DNA of 27,386 nt. It comes from Nanopusillaceae archaeon (lineage in GTDB: Archaea; Nanobdellota; Nanobdellia; Nanobdellales; Nanobdellaceae). Positions 1 to 7,544 of this stretch are shown here, in pieces. The stretch's first letter is position 1. Each line of letters opens with the position of its first letter. The stretch is taken from contig JBMFJD010000009.1 of NCBI GenBank assembly GCA_049974095.1, positions 1 through 27,386 on the forward strand. Direction: 5' to 3'. The position numbers and the translations under genes are program-made. The notes beneath the pieces are model-generated. The model was given only the letters and a program-made list of their open reading frames with translations, ran no database searches and was not told the DNA's origin.

Positions 1-1
1 T

Positions 2-340
2 GTAAAGGTAAATGGGAAAATAGTATTATGGGATGATAAGGTTGAGAGAGTGGTTAAGGTAGAGAATGGATGGAATAATAAAATATTGAAAGAATTGAAA
101 GATAGGGTAGGTTATGGGGGTACAATAATAAAGGAATTCTTTAATAAAGCTAATGAGTTAGTAAGGAATAAGAGAAATAGTTATTTGATAATATTAACTG
201 ATGGAGTACATGAGATAGTAGAAAAAGAATGGGTTAAGGATTATAAGAAAGTATTATTTGTTATAAGTAAGAGTGGAAAGGTTGAAAGTTTGATGGGAAT
301 AAAGGATATGAAAAATGTATATATTACTTTTTTAGAATAA
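2..340 (+). CDS. 3' part of a vWA-like domain protein (N-terminus lies upstream of the window)
   Basis: The frame is open from nt 2, with no in-frame stop before the GTG at 50 used by the ORF track. Stop is TAA at 338-340. GYGGTIIKEFFNKANELV...NSYLIILTDGV resembles the distal vWA pattern (GGT plus helix, then a hydrophobic strand ending in TDG). Confidence 0.45.
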   Translation, partial: VKVNGKIVLWDDKVERVVKVENGWNNKILKELKDRVGYGGTIIKEFFNKANELVRNKRNSYLIILTDGVHEIVEKEWVKDYKKVLFVISKSGKVESLMGIKDMKNVYITFLE

Positions 341-354
341 TTTTTTAAAAAATT
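339..354. terminator. Perfect 16-bp A/T palindrome (aattttttaaaaaatt) between convergent genes; candidate bidirectional oligo-T terminator
   Basis: The sequence reads T6 on both strands immediately after the stop codons of the 2..340 (+) and 353..1084 (-) genes. Archaeal termination typically uses oligo-T tracts. Confidence 0.45.
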
Positions 355-1084
355 AAAGTAAACCTGAATTATATAACCTTATTGCTTTCCTTATGCTTAC
401 ACCATCAGTAAATAGTTTTTCATATTTTTCATCAGGTAATATTACTCCTACCTTCCGTAAGATCTCTTTATATTTATTTGGGTCCATTTTTATTTCAAAT
501 CTTAAATCAAATCTATCTAGTATATACTTTGGTATTTTTGTTATATCATTTGCTACACCTATAACTTGGACACCCTCATTATATACATCTATTAATGCAT
601 CTTGTACTGCCCTAGCCATTTTATCCAATTCATCTATTAGTATACCAAAGCCGTATGGTTTTGCTACAGATTTATAAAATAGTAATTCATTCTTCTTTGT
701 TGTACTTCCTACTGTATATATGTATCTTTGTAATCTTGAAATTTCTTCCAATAGGAATGATTTTCCAATACCTGAACTACCTACTACTAATATCCATAGT
801 TTGTTTTTTAATCCTATTATGAATTTATCTCTATCATTATCATCTAATATTGTTAAATCTATATCATTTATATCTGCTTTACTATTTTCAAAATCTGTGA
901 TATATTGTTTTCCATCTTCAGTTATTCTTACATACATATGTCTATTTGATACACTTATCTCTACTAAACCCTCGCTATACATTTTTTTAAATAATTCCTT
1001 TATATTTCTCTCATATCCACTTACCTCTACATAGTCCCCCTCTTTTGCTATCTTCTTCAGCAATATGTATTTTAGTACGTCCAT
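353..1084 (-). CDS. N-terminal winged-helix-like domain fused to a compact AAA+ ATPase
   Basis: Walker A is VVGSSGIGKSFLL and Walker B is GILIDELDK. Sensor-1-like VIGVAND is followed by ILDRFDLRFEIK (Arg-finger/box VII-like). The first ~60 aa (LLKKIAKEGDYVEVSGYERNIKELFKKMYSEGLVEISV...) look like a MarR-type wHTH. Confidence 0.7.
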   Translation of the reverse strand: MDVLKYILLKKIAKEGDYVEVSGYERNIKELFKKMYSEGLVEISVSNRHMYVRITEDGKQYITDFENSKADINDIDLTILDDNDRDKFIIGLKNKLWILVVGSSGIGKSFLLEEISRLQRYIYTVGSTTKKNELLFYKSVAKPYGFGILIDELDKMARAVQDALIDVYNEGVQVIGVANDITKIPKYILDRFDLRFEIKMDPNKYKEILRKVGVILPDEKYEKLFTDGVSIRKAIRLYNSGLL

Positions 1085-1111
1085 AATATTATATTATCTT
1101 TAGTATTTATA

Positions 1112-1132
1112 AACATGTGTTTGACACATGTT
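1112..1132. promoter_or_regulatory. Inverted repeat aacatgtg-N5-cacatgtt abutting the TATA box of the 353..1084 gene
   Basis: 8-bp arms lie at 1112-1119 and 1125-1132. On the minus strand, TATA-like tttataaata (1104-1113) sits about 24 nt upstream of the ATG at 1084. The right arm overlaps the stop of the 1131..1691 gene, so this could be an operator or a terminator hairpin. Confidence 0.4.
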
Positions 1133-1691
1133 AATCATTAGTTAACTTTATAAATTCATTTTGTATGTTTGTTAGGTGTTTTAGTACTATTGATTTATCT
1201 AAATATGTATATGATACAATATTATGATAAAAGTCTATTGGGGCTGATCTATCAATTATTTTAATTTTATCCTCCTTATTTATTTTATTTGTAAAGAAAT
1301 CAATGAATAGTTTGAGTACGGGGGTATAATCATCAGCACCTATATATAACCATATATCTGTTGGTTTATCAGTATCCTCTACAGGTTCCCCATTTACCAT
1401 TACTGGCATACCATTTTCATCTAATAGTACATCATAATCTATTATCCATTTATAACCTGCCACTTCTTTACCTTCATGCTCTTTCAACATTTGGTTAATT
1501 TCCTGATATGGGAATACCAATGTATCTGGGTAATTTACTGTTAAATATATACCTCTATCACCTATAGCTACATCAGAGGTTAAGTAAAAAAATCTTAAGA
1601 GATCGTTAAATACCTCCTCTATTTTCTTATACTTACTGTGTTGGTTGTCTTTGCTCATACTGGTTTTGTAGGATTTGTAATAATAATTCAT
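1131..1691 (-). CDS. Hypothetical protein with an acidic central region
   Basis: Long ORF co-oriented with its neighbours. The start is uncertain: the Met at 1691 overlaps the upstream gene by 59 nt, and an internal Met (MSKDNQ..., nt 1658) overlaps by 26 nt. No recognisable motifs. Confidence 0.6.
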   Translation of the reverse strand: MNYYYKSYKTSMSKDNQHSKYKKIEEVFNDLLRFFYLTSDVAIGDRGIYLTVNYPDTLVFPYQEINQMLKEHEGKEVAGYKWIIDYDVLLDENGMPVMVNGEPVEDTDKPTDIWLYIGADDYTPVLKLFIDFFTNKINKEDKIKIIDRSAPIDFYHNIVSYTYLDKSIVLKHLTNIQNEFIKLTND

Positions 1692-2073
1692 TATCTGATA
1701 TTAAGTCTTTTAAGTCTATTGGTAAGCCTAATTCTTTCATATTATTAATTAATTGTACTGTTGTACTTTTATTAATCTTGCCTAATAGTGATAATGAGAA
1801 TATTATACCTTGATAGAAATTTTTGTTTAGATTTAATTGTACATCTCTCCTCATTATTATATATAGCGATCCTACTTTATTTATTATATATTTATCTGAA
1901 TTGCCTATTACCCTATCTAATAGTTTATAGTATATTACTTGTGCTACTGTTCTACTTACCTGTTCGTGCCTTACTACCTCAGGTATTGATAGGTGTAGTA
2001 CCCCTTTCTGATCTACCTCTTTTAATAAATTATCTACATGTTGTTCAACTTCTTCTTTACTTACCCTTCCCAT
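1633..2073 (-). CDS. Hypothetical protein, possible HTH DNA-binding protein
   Basis: 146-aa ORF. The segment LSIPEVVRHEQVSRTVAQVIYYKLLDRV looks helix-turn-helix-like, but this is weak. Its upstream region carries the 20-nt element also found in the origin palindrome. Confidence 0.5.
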   Translation of the reverse strand: MGRVSKEEVEQHVDNLLKEVDQKGVLHLSIPEVVRHEQVSRTVAQVIYYKLLDRVIGNSDKYIINKVGSLYIIMRRDVQLNLNKNFYQGIIFSLSLLGKINKSTTVQLINNMKELGLPIDLKDLISDNELLLQILQNQYEQRQPTQ

Positions 2074-2159
2074 AATATATTTTATCGATAAAAATGTTTT
2101 TAAATATTTGTTTTTATGTGTTATATTAGGTTTATAAAAATTGAGTATATTTATTATAT

Positions 2160-2327
2160 ATCGTTTAAAGAAAAACTAGAAGTATTGAAGGAAACGTAAA
2201 AATAGATCCGTTTAAAGTAAGCTAGGAGCTTTAATGAACCCGATAAGGGGGATCTGTTAAAACAAACCTAGGAGCCTTGAGGGATGTGGCTTTCAAAAAG
2301 CCGAATCTGTTAAAAACAACCTAGAAG
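2160..2327 (+). repeat. Four degenerate 23-nt direct repeats separated by unique GC-richer spacers of 23, 23 and 30 nt
   Basis: R1 2160-2182 ATCGTTTAAAGAAAAACTAGAAG. R2 2206-2228 ATCCGTTTAAAGTAAGCTAGGAG. R3 2252-2274 ATCTGTTAAAACAAACCTAGGAG. R4 2305-2327 ATCTGTTAAAAACAACCTAGAAG. R3 and R4 match at 20 of 23 positions. Confidence 0.8.
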
Positions 2328-2335
2328 GTTTTTTT
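2160..2335 (+). ncRNA. Candidate ~175-nt non-coding transcript covering the repeat locus, antisense in orientation to the flanking genes
   Basis: TATA-like tttataaaaa at 2131-2140 lies about 25 nt upstream of R1, and a T7 tract at 2329-2335 follows R4 directly. The locus has locally elevated G+C (gaacccgataaggggg, gagggatgtggc...gcc) in an AT-rich background. Small hairpins are present (ccc-gataa-ggg; ggc-tttcaaaaa-gcc; aagct-agg-agctt; aacct-aga-aggtt). No ORF. Confidence 0.3.
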
Positions 2336-3245
2336 ATTCTGTTTGTCCAAAGATTATTATTAATGGTTTTTGTAAATCTTTATCTTCTGTAAATACTTTT
2401 GCGTTTACTACAGATCTTAAATACATATCAATTAATCCTTGACCCTCATAGAATTTTTTAACACCTTCTCCCATTGTGTAATATCTCATACCCTTAGATG
2501 CTTCTCTTATATCTGACATAAATAGACCTGTGTTTAGTATTACGTATTTCCATGCATCATATACATATCTGTTTTCTGGTTCTTGGTCTATTCTTTTATT
2601 ATTAAAGGATATATAGAAGTCCCATGGTTTCATTACATATTCTACCTTATCAACACCTATTTTATATTTAAGGTCTAATTCTATATAACTACCATTATAT
2701 ATATGATTTTCACCAAATATTCTAATTAATTCATCTCTTACACTTGTAAATTCTTTTCTTGATAACCAAAGTATGAATTTATCATCCCATAATACTTTTG
2801 CATGTAAATTCGTTATTAATGATGTAATTAGTAAATTCCAATCATCATTTTCTTCCATTGATACATAACCATCATATCTGGCAGATACGTATAGGTTTTT
2901 CATTGTATTACCTATTGATATACCAACATCTGGTGTTATATAACATACGTTTTTACTACAGGTATCCTCTAATTCTTTTACTAATTCTTTTAATCTTAGG
3001 TTTCTATTATAGAAAGTATAATAATCGGAACCTGGGGTAAAATCATTACCTGTATTTCTACTAATTGCCCTTAATGATGCATCTGTAAATCTAAATTTTT
3101 TACCATCTCCGGTTTCACATGTATAAAAGTTATAACTTGCTCTTCTTGTTTCAAATTTGCATTTCATTTCATTTGAATTTTCAAATATTTTTCCTATTAC
3201 GTATAGGGAATATGTTGATGAATCTATTATATATGTATCTGTCAT
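2334..3245 (-). CDS. Hypothetical protein, paralog A of a two-member family
   Basis: 303-aa ORF colinear with the neighbouring 327-aa ORF. Shared blocks include Y(I/V)IDxxxYxxYV(I/V)GK(I/M)FE(N/R)SN, YTCETxDG(K/R)KFxFxD, LxELVKELE, NVCY(I/V), and YLRS(V/I)xNAK near the C-terminus. Confidence 0.75.
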   Translation of the reverse strand: MTDTYIIDSSTYSLYVIGKIFENSNEMKCKFETRRASYNFYTCETGDGKKFRFTDASLRAISRNTGNDFTPGSDYYTFYNRNLRLKELVKELEDTCSKNVCYITPDVGISIGNTMKNLYVSARYDGYVSMEENDDWNLLITSLITNLHAKVLWDDKFILWLSRKEFTSVRDELIRIFGENHIYNGSYIELDLKYKIGVDKVEYVMKPWDFYISFNNKRIDQEPENRYVYDAWKYVILNTGLFMSDIREASKGMRYYTMGEGVKKFYEGQGLIDMYLRSVVNAKVFTEDKDLQKPLIIIFGQTE

Positions 3246-3297
3246 ATATTACTTATTGTTATAGTTATTTAAAAAAGATTGTTTTATATTTCCTGAA

Positions 3298-4281
3298 CTA
3301 AACATTATATAAGTATATATTTTTTGGTTGTTCTTCACCAATTGATACTGCCATAGGCATTAATAGATCTTTATTATCAGTTAATATTTTTGCATTTGCT
3401 ATAGATCTTAGATATATTTCTGGGTATCCTTCAAATTCTTCTACAACATATGGTATTATATATAGATTACCAGATTCATAATCTTCTATTTTCTTTAATG
3501 ACTCATAGAAGTCTGCGAAATCTATTGTTCTACTACGTACCTCATCCCACATATGATATAATGCCATATCTTCTCCTCTTTGTATCTTTTTTCCATCTAT
3601 TATATTGTATTCTTCGAATACCCTTTCTCTTACCCCATTTGGATATGTTATATATTCGTTTGTTGGTTCTTGTATATCTTCATATGTATGGGATCCTACT
3701 TTATATTTTACATGTAATGCTATATCTTCACCTGCATCTATTCTATTAAAACCAAAAGAGTTAATTATGTTTTTTCCTATTATAAGATCATATGGATATG
3801 GAATGAAATGTGTTATTTTGATATCATATAATACTTTTGCATTTAGGTCATATAAATGATTTATTATTAGTCTATTAAATTCATCATTTTTATCTATTTT
3901 GTAAAATCTAACAACTGCAAATAAATTTCTTGGTGAACCCTTATCTATTACTGTAATATTTGGTGCTACATAACATACGTTATCTGGATTATTACATAAT
4001 TTTTCTAGTTCTTTTACTAATTCATTTAGTTTTTGATTTCTATTATATATGGTAATTTGTTTTTGATCTTGGTTAAATTCATTTCCTGTATATTTACTAA
4101 TTAATTTTATTGCTCCATCGGAAAATTCAAATTTTCTACCATCACTAGTTTCACATGTATAAACATTATGCCACCTTTCTTCTTTCTCAAAATTACAGGT
4201 TAATGTATTTGATCTTTCAAACATTTTACCTACTACATATTTTGTATATAGAGGACCATCTATAACATACCTTTCTACCAT
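3298..4281 (-). CDS. Hypothetical protein, paralog B of a two-member family
   Basis: See paralog A. The conserved blocks occur in the same order, and each gene has its own upstream TATA-like region. Confidence 0.75.
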   Translation of the reverse strand: MVERYVIDGPLYTKYVVGKMFERSNTLTCNFEKEERWHNVYTCETSDGRKFEFSDGAIKLISKYTGNEFNQDQKQITIYNRNQKLNELVKELEKLCNNPDNVCYVAPNITVIDKGSPRNLFAVVRFYKIDKNDEFNRLIINHLYDLNAKVLYDIKITHFIPYPYDLIIGKNIINSFGFNRIDAGEDIALHVKYKVGSHTYEDIQEPTNEYITYPNGVRERVFEEYNIIDGKKIQRGEDMALYHMWDEVRSRTIDFADFYESLKKIEDYESGNLYIIPYVVEEFEGYPEIYLRSIANAKILTDNKDLLMPMAVSIGEEQPKNIYLYNV

Positions 4282-4339
4282 ATTTGATATATTGATCTAC
4301 TAATTTAAAGAACTAGTTTTCAAAAATATTGAAATATAT

Positions 4340-6121
4340 TTATTGTTTATTCAATTTTTTCTTTTTCTTTCTACGTTTCTTTATAAATATTATTGAGGTA
4401 GGTATTGATACTAAGATACCAGATACTGTACCTGTGATTGTTATATAATTTAGTTTTATTGTTTTTGTTGGATATAATGATATTTGTATTGGTTGATTTA
4501 CAGTTATGTTTTCTGGGTCTATTGTATATATATTATAGTAAAAGAAACGGTCTTTTATTATTACAGATTTATGTATGTATATTGTTTGGTTTACAGGTAT
4601 GTAATCTGAATATGATGTTATATTTGTTATTGTAATACTTCCTATTGTTATATTTATTGGTAATTTAGAATTTATTTGTACATAGTATTCTGGTATACAA
4701 TAGTTTAATAATTGGATATTTTCTGGACCAGATACTGTTATATTTACCTGTCCTGGACATTCATATCTCAGATTATTATAGTAATAGTATTTGTTTAGGT
4801 ATATTGTTAGTGTTGTTCCATTTTCTACAGTAATTGTATTTTCACCAATATATTGTTTATTATTTACAAAATATTTGCCACCAGGTATGGTAAGATCAAC
4901 AAAATAATATAGTTTGTAATTTAGATTTATTGTATAATTTTTGTCTATTAGTAATGGTATTGATGAACTTGGGTGGAGAATGTTGTTTACATATATACCC
5001 ATTAATTTATAGTAACCACCAGGTACTGTTATAATTGGTGTAAAATTGTATACTTTGTATAGAATTATTGGGGATGTTTCTGTTTCATATTCTTTTGTTA
5101 TTGGGTTATATATTGTTACTGTATAATATGATATATTTTTACTGCCTAAGTAACCTGGATAAAAGTAACCTGTGGATAAATATGCTTCTGTTGATGATAC
5201 TAATAATGGGTTAATGTTTGTAGATTCTTCTGCAGTATTTAGTCCGTAATTAAATACATATGGGGCTGTTGATAAGTTACCGTTGTTATTATATAGTAAA
5301 GCCAGATATCCATCTATTTTATCTGCATATATACATTCGCTGTTTCCTGGTCCTCCTATTACTAATTCCAGATTTTTTACTGTGTAATCTGGGGTGTATG
5401 ATGGAGAAACTTGAAAATATGCAGATACGGAAGGTACTTCAACAGTTACATTATCATACCAGATTGTATTATTTCCATCTAATGAATACCCGAATTGAAT
5501 TACTGGATAAGAGTTATTATTTATATATACTTTCATTATTAAATATACAGCAATTGGGTATATTAGATCATAACTATCTGTTGAATATACATAAAATTTT
5601 GTTGTATGTGGGAAAGAGAAGTATGTTTTTATAATACCTCTACCATATACTGGATAGTTCTCTAATACGTTATCATATTTATTAGCATCCCAGATATTAT
5701 TAACAAATTCATAACTAAGATCTTCATTATTAAAATCAAGAACATTTTGCGCCCATAAATAGTATGTACGTCCATAATTTGAATTAATTGCTACAACACC
5801 ATTTAGTTGTACAGTTCCTGCATTTTCATATTCTGATGCGCATAAAGGACCAGGTTCTGGTTTTGTATCGAAGTATTTTAGATATACAAATCCTACTACC
5901 TCATCAGTATTATATGAATATTGATACACTTTATCGTTTATTAATGCAATACCATAATCTGCTATTCCTACTGGTAAATAAATTAATCCAGAATATTCTG
6001 TAGCATATAAATCTACAAGCGATGAGTAACAACCTAGACCATTTATATTACAAGCATTATATATTGAAAAATAAGATAGATTTGGTAAAGATACAGATAT
6101 AGGAAGACCAAAAAGGGTCAT
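4340..6121 (-). CDS. Large surface/envelope-type glycoprotein with a C-terminal membrane anchor
   Basis: 593 aa. There are many N-x-S/T sequons (NLS, NGT, NNS, NVT, NIS, NFT, NYT, NIT...). The composition is beta-rich and Y/N/T-rich. The C-terminal hydrophobic helix ITITGTVSGILVSIPTSIIFI is followed by the basic tail KKRRKKKKKLNKQ. Confidence 0.7.
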   Translation of the reverse strand: MTLFGLPISVSLPNLSYFSIYNACNINGLGCYSSLVDLYATEYSGLIYLPVGIADYGIALINDKVYQYSYNTDEVVGFVYLKYFDTKPEPGPLCASEYENAGTVQLNGVVAINSNYGRTYYLWAQNVLDFNNEDLSYEFVNNIWDANKYDNVLENYPVYGRGIIKTYFSFPHTTKFYVYSTDSYDLIYPIAVYLIMKVYINNNSYPVIQFGYSLDGNNTIWYDNVTVEVPSVSAYFQVSPSYTPDYTVKNLELVIGGPGNSECIYADKIDGYLALLYNNNGNLSTAPYVFNYGLNTAEESTNINPLLVSSTEAYLSTGYFYPGYLGSKNISYYTVTIYNPITKEYETETSPIILYKVYNFTPIITVPGGYYKLMGIYVNNILHPSSSIPLLIDKNYTINLNYKLYYFVDLTIPGGKYFVNNKQYIGENTITVENGTTLTIYLNKYYYYNNLRYECPGQVNITVSGPENIQLLNYCIPEYYVQINSKLPINITIGSITITNITSYSDYIPVNQTIYIHKSVIIKDRFFYYNIYTIDPENITVNQPIQISLYPTKTIKLNYITITGTVSGILVSIPTSIIFIKKRRKKKKKLNKQ

Positions 6122-6126
6122 GTTAA

Positions 6127-6693
6127 TTAGCTATTTAATATTCCTGTTGGGTTATTTGCTACTATTATAATTAATAATACTAAGAAGAGTAGTGATATAG
6201 ATATCTGTATTATTAGTAATAGCTCTATTTTTGATATTAATTTTTCTCTATCTTTATATTTTGAGTATATTACTAGTGCTATTAGTAGAAATATTATGAA
6301 GAATAAACCGTATGAGAATGCTCCGAATAATGAAGATAGATATATATCTTTAGTTTCTACGTAAGCAATCAGCACTACTATTAGTCCTATTATAATACTA
6401 ATTATTGACATTATTGAACCAGTTAATACTGCAAATAATAGGGCAAATAATAGAAATATTATTATTAGAGTTCCTACTATTAATCTTGATTTTGGCATAT
6501 ACCTTGCCATGATTACTAATACTAGTGTCAATATCGTTAATGTGAGTACTGCCGCATATGAAAATGCGCTACTTGTTGAGGATAATGCTAATGCTGTCAG
6601 GCTCTGGCTCATTAATACTCTTACCAAAATATATATTACTGTAATTACTAATATTCCGATAATTGTGTTTATTACTTTACTTACTTGTACCAT
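6127..6693 (-). CDS. Polytopic integral membrane protein
   Basis: 188 aa, almost entirely hydrophobic, with about 5-6 predicted TM segments. It ends 5 nt upstream of the glycoprotein gene. The conserved promoter motif lies at 6710-6728. Confidence 0.7.
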   Translation of the reverse strand: MVQVSKVINTIIGILVITVIYILVRVLMSQSLTALALSSTSSAFSYAAVLTLTILTLVLVIMARYMPKSRLIVGTLIIIFLLFALLFAVLTGSIMSIISIIIGLIVVLIAYVETKDIYLSSLFGAFSYGLFFIIFLLIALVIYSKYKDREKLISKIELLLIIQISISLLFLVLLIIIVANNPTGILNS

Positions 6694-6709
6694 TATAATA
6701 TATAGTATA

Positions 6710-6728
6710 ACAAATATTTATATGTGTT
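6710..6728 (-). promoter_or_regulatory. Extended TATA promoter motif (minus strand reads aacacatataaatatttgt)
   Basis: Member of the recurrent AACACWTATAARTATTTGT family. The TATA core is about 25 nt upstream of the ATG at 6693. Confidence 0.55.
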
Positions 6729-6944
6729 TTATAGTGGCATGGTAAAAAACTAGTTTTTCTAAATATATATATTATGAAAGTTATTACCGATTTTTGCATG
6801 TTGTTAGGTCTATATGTTAGGAAGCTATATATAAAACCTATGGAACGTTTGAAAATCATAGCTGTATGTTTTGAATGAGTTTATAAATGTTTACGCCTTA
6901 TAATTGGATTGATATTTTTTATTTTTTTTGAAAAAGAAAAATAA

Positions 6945-6962
6945 GGGGTAAGAGTATACCCC
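6945..6962. other. GC-clamped hairpin ggggta-agagta-tacccc at the outer edge of the left arm
   Basis: A 6-bp stem with a 6-nt loop is read directly from the sequence. A degenerate mirror copy lies at about 7570-7589. G4/C4 runs are conspicuous in this AT-rich DNA. Confidence 0.4.
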
Positions 6963-7277
6963 GTAATTATTTCTTACTCAAAAGTAGTAAAATTGTATAT
7001 TATATCATATCTTTTTAAAATATATGCAATATACAATGTAGTAAAAATTTATAAATTTTTTATAATATGTGTTAATATGTATAATATTTGTTTTTATGTG
7101 TTCACATATTTATATTTGTTATATGTATTATTATGTGTATATGTTATTATTATTACTAAGTAGTAGATATGTATATATATTTATAAATATATCTATAAAA
7201 AAGAAGATAATATAGAAATAATATATATTTAAAAAATATAAATAGCTAATAATATGGCAAAAAAGAGATGTTATCAC

Positions 7278-7378
7278 TTATTAATAATAAATAATAACAT
7301 AATAATTTAAATAATTTATTATTATTATTAATTATTATTTTTTAATAATAAATAATTATTAATAATAATTAATATAAA
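7278..7378. other. Near-pure A/T core; candidate DNA unwinding element
   Basis: About 100 bp contain a single C (7298). The tract is built of aataat/attatt units and includes a 15-nt direct repeat, ttaataataaataat, at 7281 and 7342. Confidence 0.5.
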
Positions 7379-7530
7379 CAACTACTGTACAGTGGTAGTA
7401 GTAAAAATTACACATATTATTATGTGTACACATATAAACACATATAACACATAAAAACACATATAAAGAAAAATTTATAAATATTAAGTACAATGCATAA
7501 TATATAATCGTTTTTATATTAGCAAATAGT

Positions 7531-7544
7531 TAACACATGTGTTA
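7531..7544. promoter_or_regulatory. Perfect 14-bp palindrome taacacatgtgtta inside the right arm
   Basis: The sequence is self-complementary as read. It shares the CACATGTG core with the 1112-1132 inverted repeat. Confidence 0.4.

Noticed and set aside
2160-2327. Calling the four-repeat locus a bona fide CRISPR array.
   Set aside because: The repeats are only 23 nt and differ from each other at 3-6 positions. The spacers are 23-30 nt, shorter than usual. No leader or cas genes are adjacent. It is kept as a CRISPR-like finding, not annotated as CRISPR.
6677-6859. 60-aa minus-strand ORF upstream of the membrane protein gene.
   Set aside because: It overlaps the promoter motif and start of the 6127..6693 gene and has no start context of its own. 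Its translation looks like chance.
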